Assembly: GCF_003918875.1 (NCBI RefSeq)
Contig: NW_025765192.1
Location: 744,001-808,000, forward strand
Direction: 5' to 3'
DNA: 64,000 nucleotides
Source of the DNA: Haliotis rubra
Lineage: Eukaryota
In this document: piece by piece, positions 38,901 to 53,734 of the stretch
How positions within the stretch are numbered: position 1 is the first letter of the stretch
How the letters are laid out: each line of letters begins with the position of its first letter
The notes under the pieces: generated by a model
The model's input: only the letters and a program-made list of their open reading frames with translations
Told to the model about the DNA's origin: nothing
Databases searched by the model: none
Translations under genes and position numbers: made by a program

Positions 38901-39309
38901 AATGCATTTAGCATGTTGACGTTGATTGGGGGCGGATGAGAAATGTATACGTCAGTGGTGGCTAAATCTTCGAGATTTAATACATTACACCTGCCTTGCA
39001 CTACGGGAACGTCGACTTACGTTACGGTCGTTGCGTACGGTCGTTGTTGTCGCGCCCCACTATGGTGCGGCAACGGCGTCTTTCGAAATATGGTTTCTTT
39101 ACTGCATTGTTCTTTATCCGAGGTGCGAAACAAACAGTTTCTGTCGTCCACAACGCGTGCATTGAGACAGCCAATAATAAAACTTTAATATCTGACATGA
39201 TCAATTCATTTAAAACATATTTGGAATAAAGAGGGATCTCCCTGAAATCCATCTTTTCACAGACATGAAATCCCATGTTTACGTTTAGTGTAACACAAAC
39301 CTTGATGAC

Positions 39310-39554
39310 GAGTGAGTGAGTTTAGTTATACACCTCACTCAGCAATATTCCAGCTTTATGCCGGCGGTCTGTAAATAATCGAGTCTGGACCAGACAATCC
39401 AGTGATCAACAGCATTAGAATCGATCTGCGCAATTGGGAACCGATGACATGTGTCAACCAAGTCAGCGAGCCTGACCTCCCGATTCCGTTAATCGCCTCT
39501 TACGACAAGCATGGGTTACTGAAGATAAATATTCTAACCCGGACCTTCACGGGT
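39310..39554 (-). mobile_element. SINE-like family B, full length
   Basis: TSD accttgatga; complete head and tail. Confidence 0.9.
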
Positions 39555-39755
39555 ACCTTGATGATGAAAATGAGTAAGATGTTCCACAACCACCGCATCT
39601 CTACATTCCCGTCAATTGTCCGTCAAAGATAACTCTATGTAGGCTACAACGAATTAGGATATGTCGAACACTGGGTATAAAGTTAATCTCAAATGGTAAG
39701 TTCATGAAGAAGCGACATTTTACACATTATTCCTTCATGGGGGACGCGATAACGC

Positions 39756-39876
39756 GATAATGTAGGACAAAAACCCACCCTGACAAAATGTCTGCACCTG
39801 CGGACAAAATCTCAACAGTGAGAAAAATGACTTACAATTTATTCGGATTTTGTCTGGTTGGGATTTTGTCCGTCCC
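39756..39876. mobile_element. Small MITE with inverted GGACAAAA subterminal motifs and 9-bp TSD (Mutator-like?)
   Basis: cgataacgc at 39747-39755 and 39877-39885; GACAAAA x3 on the left, TTTTGTC x2 on the right. Confidence 0.55.
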
Positions 39877-40741
39877 CGATAACGCAAATTAAATGTGAAA
39901 AATATTCTACGTTCATGCTTAACTAAGGCTATTTACTGAATTTGGGTACCTGATAGTGATACAGAAAATGACTTTCATTTGAAGTGTCTTCGAAAAGAGA
40001 GAGTTTTCTGGGTTTTTTTGTATTGCGCAGAATTGACATTTGTTGTGAACAATTCCGTTGCTTGTCGGAAATTTCCTTGGTTAAATCGTTCCAGTGAATC
40101 GAATCCCCGATCGCCGAGTTGAGTGATCTGTCTTTGTTTATTGTCAAGTCGTACGACACGATTTCCACGCTGGTGCACACACAATGGTCAGCGTGGCCAG
40201 TCACCGTGTAAACACATTGCTTTAAGAGCATCTGAATGACGTAATGCTTCGTGACCCAAGCTCGGCGAGTAGTGTAATGGATGTGTTTCATTTCATGTGT
40301 CACTTACAAGCGTTGTTGATGTCATTGTGCCATCTTGAACGAACAAAGCCGAGGTGGTGATGAAATATGTTTGTTATTTCTGTCTGTAAATGCTGTTCAT
40401 GCCGGGAAAGGTGTACACAACCCTTGCTATCAACGTATGAGCTAAAACGAGACAATATATTCACGTTTGATCTAAACACACTACAGTGCTATAAAATTCT
40501 GAGTTAATTTAAAACACTGTCTCGTTAAAATTTACTGAATGATTATCAAAACTAATTAAAATAAAATGACTTTATCAAGAAGCCAGTGCGACCCGACAAC
40601 ATGCATATAAATACATACATATTCACAATATAATACAACAATGCTATTGCAGCTACGAAGCTGATCAAATATGTTTGACATTGCCGTCAAACGTCCATAT
40701 TCAGTTTGCATTTCGGTTCAGCATTTACAGATCCAGGCCTC

Positions 40742-41887
40742 AGTGAGTGAGTGAGTATATGGTTTATGCCGCCTTTAGCAATATTCAAGCAATACCACGG
40801 CGGGTGACACTAGAAATGGGGAATCGAACCCGGGTCTTCGGCGTGACGAGCGAACCTTTTAACCACACACAAAGACATCACAGAATGACATTGGAAGAAA
40901 CTGATATTTAATATGTATCAGAATATATTTTCGGGACATGATAAACACAGACCAAAACTGAAAACGTGTATATCAGCGTCTGACATACAAACAGTATCCT
41001 TTCTACATCTTTACTGCCAGGAACAAGGGCAGTGGGGTAGCCTGGTGGTTAAAGCGTTCGCTCGTCACGCTGAAGACCCGGGTTCGATTCCCCACATGGG
41101 TACATTGTGTGAAGCCAATTTCTGCTGTCCCCCGCCGTGATATTGCTGGAATATTGCTAAAAGCGGCGTAAAACTAAACTCACTCACTGCCTGACACAAG
41201 AAACCACAAGAACTGGTGTTCGGGTTTAGTTTATATGATACTTGGGATATTTGACGTTACCTCGACTGTTTTCATCCCAGAAATGTAACAACATTTGTAA
41301 TTTGTTGCCAAAATTCGATTTTCAAATGTGTATTTTACCATTTTCTATTGTCCGTCAGTTCACAACACATATACCGTCACTTCTGCATCTACAATATATA
41401 CAATAACTGAACATTTGCTATCGCACGTACACCTAAGTTGCAGCATTGTAACCAACCACTTGAAATGTGTTTTTCCCACACAATGGTTTCCTCCCCATCT
41501 TGTGCCATCACCCTTTGTAAAGACACCCACATCACATCCTACACCGGCATCCTGTATAAAACACAATGCAACACCGATACAAAGAGATCAAGGTCGCCGG
41601 AAAACACGTACGTAATGTCGAGCACAAGTGTAATGTAGTCATGTGTCAGACTGTCCGAAGAAATTGCGCATTTCAAAATGGAGACTCCAAGTTTGCAGTG
41701 GTGTACGTCACCTCTTGCGTAAATGGGGGCAGTGGGGTAGCCTAGTGGTTAAAGCGTTCGCTCGTCACGCCGAAGACCCGGTTCGATTCCCAACATGGGT
41801 ACAATGTGTGAAGCCCATTTCTGGTGTCCCCCGCATGATATTGCTGGAATATGGCTGATAGCGGCGTAAAACCATACTCACTCACTC
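40742..41887. mobile_element. Cluster of three SINE family A copies (40742-40865 minus; 41027-41188 plus; 41725-41887 plus)
   Basis: Same tRNA-like head and tail; the third copy is flanked by cttgcgtaaat/cttacgtaaat. Confidence 0.88.
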
Positions 41888-42623
41888 GTTCTTACGTAAA
41901 TGACACGCAAGAGGTTCTATAAATTTGTATAGATTTAATTGTAATCCTTAACCTTTTGCTGACAAAATATGTGGTTTTGAAATGTTCTGTGGTACTTTCT
42001 AGCGACCCCTGAAGATCGAGGTTGGAATTGGTCTTCAGTACACCATACCGGTCATAGAGGCGACTAACAGGATCAGATGGTCAGTCTCGTCGACATTCGT
42101 TGATGCGTTCCATCGTATCCCAGTGACGTATATCAATATTCATTAACAAAACAATGTGTAAGTATTAATTTGTTTGTCATATAAAAACAGAAATGCTTTG
42201 AGGGTTAGTCAAGTTTTCCATCGACCACTCCCTGCGGTGACACTAGGAATAGCTCCATACATTGTACCCATTTAGGGACTTAAACCCGGATGTGGGCGTG
42301 ACAAGCCAATCCTTTGGTCAATAGCTTAAACCACGATGGGTTTTATGAACACCCGCTAAATATAATACACAACATCACCGTTAAGGTATCGCCCCGATGT
42401 TCCGACGAAACGGAATCCACTGGTTGCCATGTCACGTCAACAGCAATAACGTTCTGGCTCTCAGGACACCCTCGACTGTAGCATGAACACCCTATAACAT
42501 CTCACGGTGACGTCATAACGGTGTCATGTCACGTCAACAGAAACAACGCATTTGGTGTCAGAACATCCCCATCCATGCCATATTAATACTACATATGTAA
42601 CAACCTCATTGTGTCGGGAAAAC

Positions 42624-42864
42624 AGTGAGTGAGTTTAGTGTTACGCCGCACTCAGCAATATTCCAGCTATATGGCGGCGGTCTGTAAACAATCGAGTCTG
42701 GACCAGACAATCCAGGGATCAACAGCATGAACATCGATCTGCGCAATTGGGAACCGATGACATGTGTCAACCCAGTCAGCGAGCCTGACCACCCGATCCC
42801 GTTAGTCGCCTCTTACGACAAGCATGGGTTACTGAAGATCAATTCTTACCCGGATCTTTACGGG
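42624..42864 (-). mobile_element. SINE-like family B, full length (degraded plus-strand copy at 42004-42140)
   Basis: Near-identical to the copies at 13342 and 58747. Confidence 0.9.
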
Positions 42865-45800
42865 AAAACAACATCATATGACATCGATAGTAACAACATT
42901 TGACCATTCAGAACAACTTAATCAATAGCATTAAAACCCTATAACAATCATGCAATGCCATTTCAATGCATGAAAGCGACACCTTTGTGAGTGAGTGAGT
43001 GACTCAGGAACAACATCAGTAATAATAATAATAATAATTTACAAAGATGGTGACGATGACAACAATAATATTAATGTGCCCTCGATTCTCATTCTCAGCT
43101 GCCTTGGAAGCATACCGAGTTTATTATAAAATTCCAATCTTTAAAGTTCAATAAATATCTGAAAAACAAAATCACAATCAAGCCTGTCCGTCGTAATTGC
43201 CAAGCTCGTGACGTAGTATTGGAGATGTTTTCGTGGCATATCCCTCCATCGGCGATACGCTAATCTCCACAACTATAGTTTTATGGTGAAATTACCGTAA
43301 TTAACGGATGTATGGTTAACTATTTCCGCTTGAGACCGTATAATCGTTGGCCTCAGGTGCCCGAGGGCACTAGGAAGGGAGCAAGGCGTAACGTCAGAGA
43401 AACAGGTAATTATCTGGCTCAGACGCCTCTTGAACACCACCAGTGGGCGGGGCGAACCTTTCACACATATTCAGGAAATCCTCAAGTGTTACTCGTTACG
43501 TCAGGTCCGTATCGTGCTCAAATGTGTGAACTTTGCCAGGTGAAAACAAAGTTGAAACGGGAGTGTTACCGAGTACCTTGTACACACATACATATGGATG
43601 AATAGGTAATATTTCATCAGCAATATTTTAAAGCAGTTGCGAGGAGTTACGGTTATTCTTTTAAGCGCAGGTACATTTGACCGTGTGCGTGCGTGCGCGC
43701 GTGTGTGTGTGTGTGATTGATGTCTTCACATAACTATAATTTTATCCACAGTTGGTCATTGATAAAGTTGACGGCTTTTAACACAACAACTGTAAAACTA
43801 AGAGGTTACAATTATATTTTAGTTTAAAAATTTTACAATTCCGATTAAGCCCATGTTCAGCCTTTTACGTCGTTAAAAAGTTAAACTTAAATGAAACGTT
43901 TAACTGTTTTTACTTCTGGATGGATAAACATCAAACGTGCATACGCACTTGCGTACATGTATGTCGACAAAATGCGTATACAGTAATTCATATAGAGCAT
44001 TTACTACACGTACATAAAACCCCACACACATCAATTTTTCAGTCATCGAAAGAAATGCCATCTTTACCAAAATGTGATCATTTGGGACCTTGTGTATTTT
44101 GTATATTTGCATTACGTATGATTCACAGACAAAACATTATCACACAATATGAATATAATGAGTGATTCAACGATATAGAAATATCACATGTGTAACACGC
44201 CAAGATAACATTGTCGCGTAATGTGTGACACGTATATAGGAAATGACATCATAATGTGTGACACGATTATAAAGCAGTATCACATAATGTGTGACTCACA
44301 AACAAAACAGTATGACTGACTCACACAGTAAACCCTTTGGCATATATTTTGTGGATATTCGTTTTAAAGCCCAAACGAAGGGTGTAATATTTTCTGATTA
44401 TTTACCAATAAACGTGGCAAATCGATAGATTCAATGCAGAAAGATTTCTAAAATAACAGTAAAATCGGGTCGGCATGAAGCTCCATGCAGCGGCAGAATA
44501 GAAACCTACACGCATATCACGATCAACTGTCCAATGGTCGGTGCGTATGACGCGCGTAGATTACATAACGTCACGTGAAACGAGGGTCCTTTAAATCATT
44601 ATTATAGCCTATGTAAGAATTTGCCTGATGTATGTCATTGAATGCCGGTCGTCATTTATATGACCCGTGGCGCTCGCCCCCGACAGCGTAATCCCTCCAA
44701 TAATTTCGTTATTTGCTTGATTTACAAATGCCGTTTGACATTTACAACACAATTTCCATATTATGCAACGATTTTCACGTTGAATTATAACACAGCGACC
44801 AACAATGCTTCATTTTGACAAACTATATCCCGACTTATTTAATTCGGAAAATGTTATATGTATCCCCTTTTGGACATCAGGACAGCAAAGGTTCCCGTAC
44901 CAAATACTTGCATTTGCTTTCTAAATAGGATCAGTATATTAATACGGGACCGCTTTATGATTGTGTGACGCCATGCCTCGATTATTTACAGCCCGCCGCC
45001 ATATAGCTGGAATACTGCTGAGTGCGGAGTAAAACTAAACTCACTCACCCACTCTTCTGTTGTCTGGAGTGAGTGAGTGACATGAGAGAAAAGACAAAAT
45101 GACGTAGACTGTTACGTCTACCGCACTGGTGACAAGAACACACCTGTAGACAAACCGAGGAATATAATCGGGGTAACATGGGATTCGAACCCAGGAATCA
45201 CAACAAGACTCGGATTCTATGATACCTCAGTCTGGTCTCTGAACGTGCGTGATGAGATCCCCAATACTCTTCATCAATGCCACATAGAATGTGTAAGGTA
45301 TGGACGCAATGGCCGAATGCAAGTCATTGCAAGGAACTTTGCATCCTGGCTCACCAAAACTTTGTGATACGCCAAGAATATTTGTCGATGACGGTGAAAA
45401 TAACTTTCACTCACTCATCCACGATACAGATGGACTGAGTGGGCGAATGTTGTTTTACGCTTCATCTCATCACGACGACAGATAATCAGAGTAGCGACAC
45501 TCATATCACCCAACTTCAGGTCAATTCCACTGGAATAAAGGAATTATCAGATTTTTGCGCTCTTCGGTAACAAAAAAACACACACTCAGTAATGCCTACA
45601 AGTGGATCGCATCATATGTGTTTAAAAGATGCCAAAGATGTTTCAAATACCTAATAAAATGTCAATTTTACATTACTTACTAAGTAGTATGTATTTACGA
45701 ATATATCGAATAGTTACGACACACGAATATTTAAAATTCCTGTAACAGCATTTAAAGCAGTTGAAAATTTTGATAAATAAAACAAAAGCAAGATGACGGG

Positions 45801-46132
45801 ACGCAATCGTTATCTGCAGTTGTCGTCGTGGACTGCCCATATAATGATGGTGTTTGACGTCACAAACGTCTTTATATCTATGTAATTAATTCCACGCGAT
45901 TTCCTAAACCAAATGGCCAGAGCAGGCACTGATCTAGATGGAAATGGCTTTGTGCTGTGGCAAATTATATAATACAGACGCACGCAAATACGCACGCATG
46001 ACTCATGACAGAACACAGTTAGTGCTCGTTGATCAGAAAGTGACTGGGTTTTTATCATATATGAGCTACAGCACACTAATGTGTATTTAACTTGTATGTA
46101 TTCATACATGTTTATTTGTTTCTTTCAGTTGT

Positions 46133-46843
46133 CGTCACGTCGAAGACCCGGAGACAATGTGTGTGAAACCCATTTCTGGTTTCCCCCGCCTGTAATATTG
46201 CTGGAATATTGCTAACAGCGGCATAGAACTAAACTCACTGACTCTTTCAGTTGTGTATTTATGTACTTGCATATATATATATACATGTTTGACTTTCAGA
46301 TGTTTCAGTGGGGTTTGCATGTTCATAGATATAATTTTCTTGACTCATGTCTTTTCTGTATTTGTTGCATGGTATTGTTCATTAGGTTAATTACAGTTTC
46401 CATCTAGTTTCCCATACGTTGTGAGTGAGTAAGTGAGTGAGTTTATTTTTACGCCTCACTCAGCAATATTCCAGCTATATGGCGGCAGTCTGTAAATAAT
46501 CGTGTATGGACCAGACAATCCCGTGATCAACAGCATGAGCATCGATTTGCGTAATTGGGAACCGATGACATATGTCAACCAAGCCAGCGAGCCTGACCAC
46601 CCGATCCCGTTAGTCGCCTCTTACGACAAGCATGGGTTACTGAGGGTTCATTCTAACCCGGACCTTACGTCGTGCATGTTGCTGCGGTGTTGTTACTCCG
46701 TCAGTTGTGGGAGTGGGTGACGTTATTCTTCTTCCAGACACTGAGGTGAGTCAGCTACGGAACATATATAACCCGTGTTTCTCGTAAGAGGCGACTAACG
46801 GGTTCTGGTGGTCGGGCTCGCTGACTTGGTTGAAACATGTCAT
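46133..46843. mobile_element. SINE cluster: family A 46133-46240 (+), family B 46421-46670 (-), family B partial 46772-46843 (+)
   Basis: Family consensus motifs recognisable in each copy. Confidence 0.82.
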
Positions 46844-46869
46844 CTTTATTGTCATACTCATTATTTGAA

Positions 46870-49553
46870 TCCCATTATCGTATCACGTAACTGTATGTGG
46901 AACCTCATTATCGTATCATAATACTGTATGTGGAACCTCATTATCGTATCATAATACTGTATGTGGAACCTCATTATCGTATCATAATACTGTATGTGGA
47001 ATCCCGTTACCGTATCACTGTATGCCGTATTTAAAACCCCGTTGTCGTATTATGATACTGTAAGTGGTATCACAGTCTGTCTTACAGTCCCTGAACCACA
47101 TTATTTTCCATACAGCCAAGCCCTAGCTGCAGTGCTAAAGCCCTAAATAAAGCAAGTATAGATTTCCTCAGGTTCTGAATGTCTGGTCTCCCTGGGGTTC
47201 CTTTTCAATTTAAATGGGCTTGTTTGTTTCTATCAAAATTATATATGTTCAGAGGCTAAGCGTTAGTCTAGTGGTATCCCGTTATCGTATCACGATACTG
47301 TGTGTGGAATCCCGTTATCATATCATGATACTGTGTGTGGAATTCCGTTATCATATCACGATACTGTGTGTGGAATCCCGTTATCATATCATGATACTGT
47401 AAGTGGTATCCCGTTATCATATCATGATACTGTATATGGAATCCCGTTATCATATCAGGATACTGTGTGTGGAATTCCGTTATCGTATCATGATACTGTG
47501 TGTGGAATTCCGTTATCGTATCATGATACTGTATGTGTGTAATCCGTTATCGTGGTATCCGATACCGTATTATCATATCTGTGATACTGTACTGTGGTGG
47601 AATCCCGTTATCATATCACGATACTGTATGTGGAATCCCGTTATCATATCACGATACTGTGTGTGGAATCTCGTTATCATATCATGATACTGTGTGTGGA
47701 ATCCCGTTATCATATCACGATACTGTGTGTGGAATCCCGTTATCATATCACGATACTGTAAGTGGAATCCCGTTATCATATCATGATACTGTATGTGGTA
47801 TCCGTTATCATCACGATACTGTGTGTGGAACTCCGTTATCATATCACGATACTGTGTGTGGAATCCGTTATCATATCACGATACTGTATGTGGAATCCGT
47901 TATCATATCACGATACTGTATGTGGAATCCGTTATCCACGTTATCATCACGTATGGAATCCCGTTATCATATCACGATACTGTAAGTGATATCCCGTTAT
48001 CATATCATGATACTGTATGTATCATCCTGTAAGTTTATCATCCCGTTATCATATCATGATACTGTAAGTGAAATCCGTTATCATATCATGATGCTGTATG
48101 TGGATCCGTTATCATATCACGATGATATACTGTATGTGGTTATCATGTTATCATATCATGATACTGTAATCCGTTATCATATCATGATACTGTATAATCC
48201 GTTATCGTGGTACTGTACTATCCGTTATCATATCATGATATCCCGTTATCATCACGATACTGTATGTGGAATTCCGTTATCGTATCATGATACTGTGTGT
48301 GGAATCCCATATCATGATACTGTGTGTGGAATCCGTTATCATATCATGATACTGTATGTGGAATCCCGTTATCATATCATACTGATACTATCATGATACT
48401 GTAAGTGGTATCCCGTTATCATATCATGATACTGTATGTGGAATCCCGTTATCATATCATGATACTGTGTGTGGAATCCCGTTATCATATCATGATACTG
48501 TGTGTGGAATCCCGTTATCATATCATGATACTGTATGTGGAATCCCGTTATCATATCATGATACTGTATGTGGAATCCCGTTATCATATCATGATACAAT
48601 CGATACTGTATGTGGAATCCCGTTATCATATCACGATACTACTGTGTGTGGAATCCGTTATCATATCACGATACTGTACTGTGGAATCCGTTATCATATC
48701 ACGATACTGTGTGTGGAATCCCGTTATCATATCACGATACTGTAAGTGGTATCCGTTATCATCATCATGATACTGTAATTCCGTTATCATATCATGATAC
48801 TGTAAGTGGTATCCCGTTATCATATCATGATACTGAAAGTGATATCCCGTTATCATGTCATGATACTGTATGTCAATCCCGTTATCATATCACGATACTG
48901 TATGTGGAATTCCGTTATCGTATTATGGTACTGTAAGTTCTAACCCGTTATCATATCATGATGCTGTATGTGGAATCCCGTTATCATATCACGATACTGT
49001 ATGTGGAATCCCGTTATCGTATCATGATACTGTGTGTGGAATTCCGTTATCGTATCATGATACTGTGTGTGGAATCCCGTTATCATATCACGATACTGTA
49101 TGTGGAATCCCGTTATCATATCATGATACTGTGTGTGGAATCCCGTTATCATATCACGATACTGTGTGGAATTCCGTTATCATATCATGATACTGTAAGT
49201 GGTATCCCGTTATCATATCATGATACTGTGTGTGGAATCCCGTTATCATATCAGGATACTGAGTGTGTAATTCCGTTATCGTATCATGATACTGTAAGTG
49301 GTATCCCGTTATCATATCATGATACTGTAAGTGGTATCCCGTTATCATGTCATGATACTGTATGTCAATCCCGTTATCATATCACGATACTGTATGTGGA
49401 ATTCCGTTATCGTATTATGGTACTGTAAGTTCTAACCAGTTATCATATCATGATGCTGTATGTGGAATCCCGTTATAGTATCACGTTACTGTAAATAGAA
49501 TCCCGTTATCGTATGACGATACTGCATGTTGAATTCCGTTATCGAATCATGAT
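46870..49553. repeat. 33-bp minisatellite/satellite array, about 2.7 kb
   Basis: Unit gtggaatcccgttatcatatcatgatactgtgt; source of the spurious (CGIPLSYHDTV)n ORFs. Confidence 0.97.
47073..47270 (+). mobile_element. AcademH-like short element inserted into the 33-bp array
   Basis: cagtctgtcttacagtcc...aggctaagcgttagtcta; TSD gtggtatca/gtggtatcc. Confidence 0.78.
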
Positions 49554-51829
49554 TTCGAATTAAAATTCCTACTGTTTATTTTCCATTGCGACGTAGTGTT
49601 GTGGCAACGGTGTAGGTACATAAGGTATTCATTCTACTAACTATTCCTACAAATGTCAATCAATGCACGCTACGAAAGGACAAAATATGCACGCCCATTT
49701 TACAGATATAGTTTCATATGTCATGCAACAGCACTGGACAAACTAAAGATATGTAATACATGTAATACATCGCGACGGAACATACACTACAAACCGTGTT
49801 CATACACGGCCAGTGACGTCAAGGTAACCAACCTGTGCCCCTTCCAGTACAATGATCTTGATCAGCCGCCGCTTTAGATTACGATCAGTAAAGTGACACG
49901 GGCTGTACTATCGTCAAACGCCCGTAATACGAGTTGCCAGCACGAGCGATCTCAGGTGTGAGGCGGCTGCCGACTGCCATTGCTTACGGCACAATTCTCA
50001 CTCCCGTCTGAAAGAGCCATAAAAATAAAACACGATCGCTTTCTAAAACAGTTAGCTACGGCGTTCCCCGTGCAGTGTGGATACAGCGGTCCGGTGGGCC
50101 GCATATTGACAACGGGCGGAGGTTAGTGGGAACAAAACCCTCCCTTTCATAGCCGCGGAACGCGAAAGCCCGCTGTTGTTTCGCTGTTACCGAGATCAAT
50201 GGTTCGCCGACCGGATTCCGCGCCAGTCGCACTGCCGGCGATACAGACGGATCCACGCTATTGAAACCTTGGAGCCGAACCAACCCGCTTTTTGAGACAA
50301 AGAACTTTCCTTACGGCGCTTTAAGGATCGTCACAAGCCACGATCGAGCGACACCTTTGCGTGATGTCGGAAACTTCAGCTTGAAAAGCCTTCTCCACAC
50401 CGCGTAACTCTAGCAGCTCTCGAGGAGCCGAGTGAACGTGAGGTTTGCAGCTTTCGATAGGTAGTTGCCTCGCGACAGGGTGGCGATCTTGAAGCCCCGT
50501 TCGTGACGCACAGGATGTTACGAAGCAAATTAAAAGAACTGTTATTCACTGAAAGAGGTTCGTTCAGCGTCCATATTGGACGGCAGGTCCTTCAAGTGCG
50601 CCTGTACAGCGATAAGAGCGTCAACTCTGGTGTGTCAGTATAGGGCTGTAAATTTCAACATGAGAGTCCGTTGTAAAGTAAACAAAGAAATGTAGACATG
50701 TTGGCTTGAAGGCGCCTAGAAAGTTTTTAGTATATATATTGAGGAATACATTGTCAAGCTTCGGGGCATTAATTTCTGATTTAGGCCTTCCTGTATTAAA
50801 TGGTACACATCAGCAAGTGGCAAATAAACGGCGCGTTTTCGTTATAATTACAGCGATCTTGCGCCAATTATGACCGATTCAACTAGATAACTTGTTTACT
50901 TAATAGCAACCCCCCACCCATCCCCTCCCTTCCCCCAGTCTTGTATTGAAATCTGGATAAATTGGCGCTATAACAATGGACGCCGTCATGAAATGGTTAC
51001 GAGGTTTTAATGGGTTTAATTTTATGGTAAACGCTCCGCCGCCTACCATCTGAACGCTGACGGGTATTAGATAAACACGTGTTGTTATTCAAATTCTAAT
51101 CTCTGGCGACTGTTTCATTTTATCTTTAAACAAAATGTATATTTTTTTAAATGCACATTTTTAACATGCATGGGGGAATTCACCTATCGGAATGCCTCAG
51201 ACTTGCGAACCATGTGTTACTGGGCTTACTCATTGGCATTGTCAATATTACTTTCAATTTTTTATGCTATTACCATTCGAAAGCCATTTGTCATTCGCTT
51301 AGAAATACACATACTCGAAACAATGACTGATGATGGATAGACGAGTCAAGAACACAGCGTGTGTTTTACACACCAAGTCTAACTGTTTGAAAATTCATAC
51401 TTGGGATAAATAAGATAACAGTAGAGAAACTATCATTGTTCTGTAACCAAGGTAACGGGACATGGATGAATGCCAAATATAACAACGCGCATGCTGTGAC
51501 CTGTCGGTTTTGGAATTGTCAGTTCCTACAGTTACTATGGTATTCAAGGGGATTTAACTAGTATATGGTTATGACGATTAGGTCAACAGCGTGAGACCTA
51601 AACACTGTACTATTACATGGACACGCATTAGCGCTGAGACTCTGACTACAAATTACTCAATGCTGGTACATAATCGGTGCTAGAATCCATTTCAGTTCTG
51701 TCCCATGGCGTGTCAACTTAATGTGAGAGGAACATTAGACGCCTAATACTTTTTGAAAGCAACGATCACGGGTATTGAGCGACAAAACCAAGAATTATAA
51801 TCAGGTTGAGCCTGTCCTGTGATTCGATG

Positions 51830-53590
51830 CCAAACCGACTTGAGGAATAGCTACCACACAATAAATCGACGTTAAAAGTAGTCACTGCACACTAAGCCGA
51901 CATTAAAAGCAGCTACCATAAAAATAAACCGACGTTAAAAGGAGGCACTACACACTAAACTGACGATAAAAGCAGCTACCACACACTAAACCGACATTAA
52001 GAATAGGTACCACACACTAAACTGACGTTAAAAGCAGCTACTACACACAAAACTGACGTTAGAAGCAGCCACTACACACTAAACCGACACTATGAATAGG
52101 TACCACACACTAAACTGACGTTAGAAGCAGCCACTACACACTAAACCGACACTATGAATAGGTACCACACACAAAACTGACGTTAGAAGCAGCCACTACA
52201 CACTAAACCGACACTATGAATAGGTACCACACACTAAACTGACGTTAAAGCACTAAACTGACGTTAAAAGCAGCTACTACACACTAAACTGACGTTAGAA
52301 GCAGCCACTACACACTAAACCGACGTTAGATGAATAGGTACACACAAACCGACACTAAACTGACGTTACGCAAACTGACGGTTTAAGCACTACACACAAA
52401 ACTGACGTTAGAAGCAGCCACTACACACTAAACCGACACTATGAATAGGTACCACACACTAAACTGACGTTAAAGCAGCTACCACACACAAAAGTGACGT
52501 TAAAAGCAGCCACTACACACTAAACCGACACTATGAATAGGTACCACACACAAAACTGACGTTAGAAGCAGCTGACACTATGAATAGGTACCACACCACA
52601 AAACTGACGTTACTACACACTAAACCGACACTATGAATAGGTACCACACACTAAACTGACGTTAAAGCAGCTACCACACACAAAAGTGACGTTAAAAGCA
52701 GCCACTACACACTAAACCGACACTATAAATAGAATAAACTGACGTTACCACACACACTAAACTGACGTTAAAGCAGCTACCACACACAAAAGTGACGTTA
52801 AAAGCAGCCACTACACACTAAACCGACACTATGAATAGGTACCACTCACTAAACTGACGTTAAAGCAGCTACCACACACAAAAGTGACGTTAAAAGCAGC
52901 CACTACACACTAAACCGACACTATGAATAGGTAACACACTAAACTGACGTTAAAGCAGCTACCACACACAAAAGTGACGTTAAAAGCAGCCACTACACAC
53001 TAAACTGACGTTAAAAGCAGCCACTACACACTAAACCGACACTATGAATAGGTACCACACACTAAACTGACGTTAAAATCAGCTACTACACACTAAACCA
53101 ACATTAAGAATAGATACCACACGCAAACCGACGTTAAGAGCAGCTACCACACGAAAACCGATGTTAAGAGCAGCTACCACACGCAAACCGGCGGTAAAAG
53201 CAGCCACCACTCACTAAACCGACGTAAGAAGCAGCCAGCACACACACACCCAACCGTCATCTACCACACACTAAACGGAGGTAGAAACAACTACCGCAAA
53301 CTAAACCGACAGCACACTAAACCGACGATGAGAAGAGCTCCCAGACACAAAACCGACCTTTATAGCAGTTCTCAAACTCTAAGCCGAACCCAGGAACAAC
53401 TACCGCATACTAAACCAACGTTAGGTACAGTTATCACATAACAAGCTGTCGTTAGGAGCAGTTATCACACTGTAAACCGATGCTAGAATCCAGCTACCAT
53501 ATACTGAATGACGTTAAGTGCAGTTACCATACACAAGACCCATGTAAGGAACGGCTTCCACACACCAACTTGACGTTAGGAGCAGTTATT
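51830..53590. repeat. 31-bp minisatellite with two alternating variants
   Basis: aaactgacgttaaaagcagctaccacacact and aaaccgacactatgaataggtaccacacact; edges are degenerate. Confidence 0.95.
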
Positions 53591-53734
53591 GCGAACAGCT
53601 TGCATACGTAAACACACCGTACATGCAGCAGTAATAATGTGCCGAGGTTATGACATTTAATGCACGGTTACGGCTACTTAACACACGTTTGGTGGTGCTA
53701 TGAACATTCATTCTAATCACCTGCTATGAGACAA

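Noticed and set aside
41027-41100. tRNA-Asp-like sequences (also the B-box at about 17794)
   Set aside because: No acceptor stem; they continue into SINE bodies, often with tails and TSDs.
47214-49428. Many repetitive ORFs (CGIPLSYHDTV, MITGFHTQYHD)
   Set aside because: By-product of a 33-bp unit divisible by 3; frames break at every indel and there are no splice signals.
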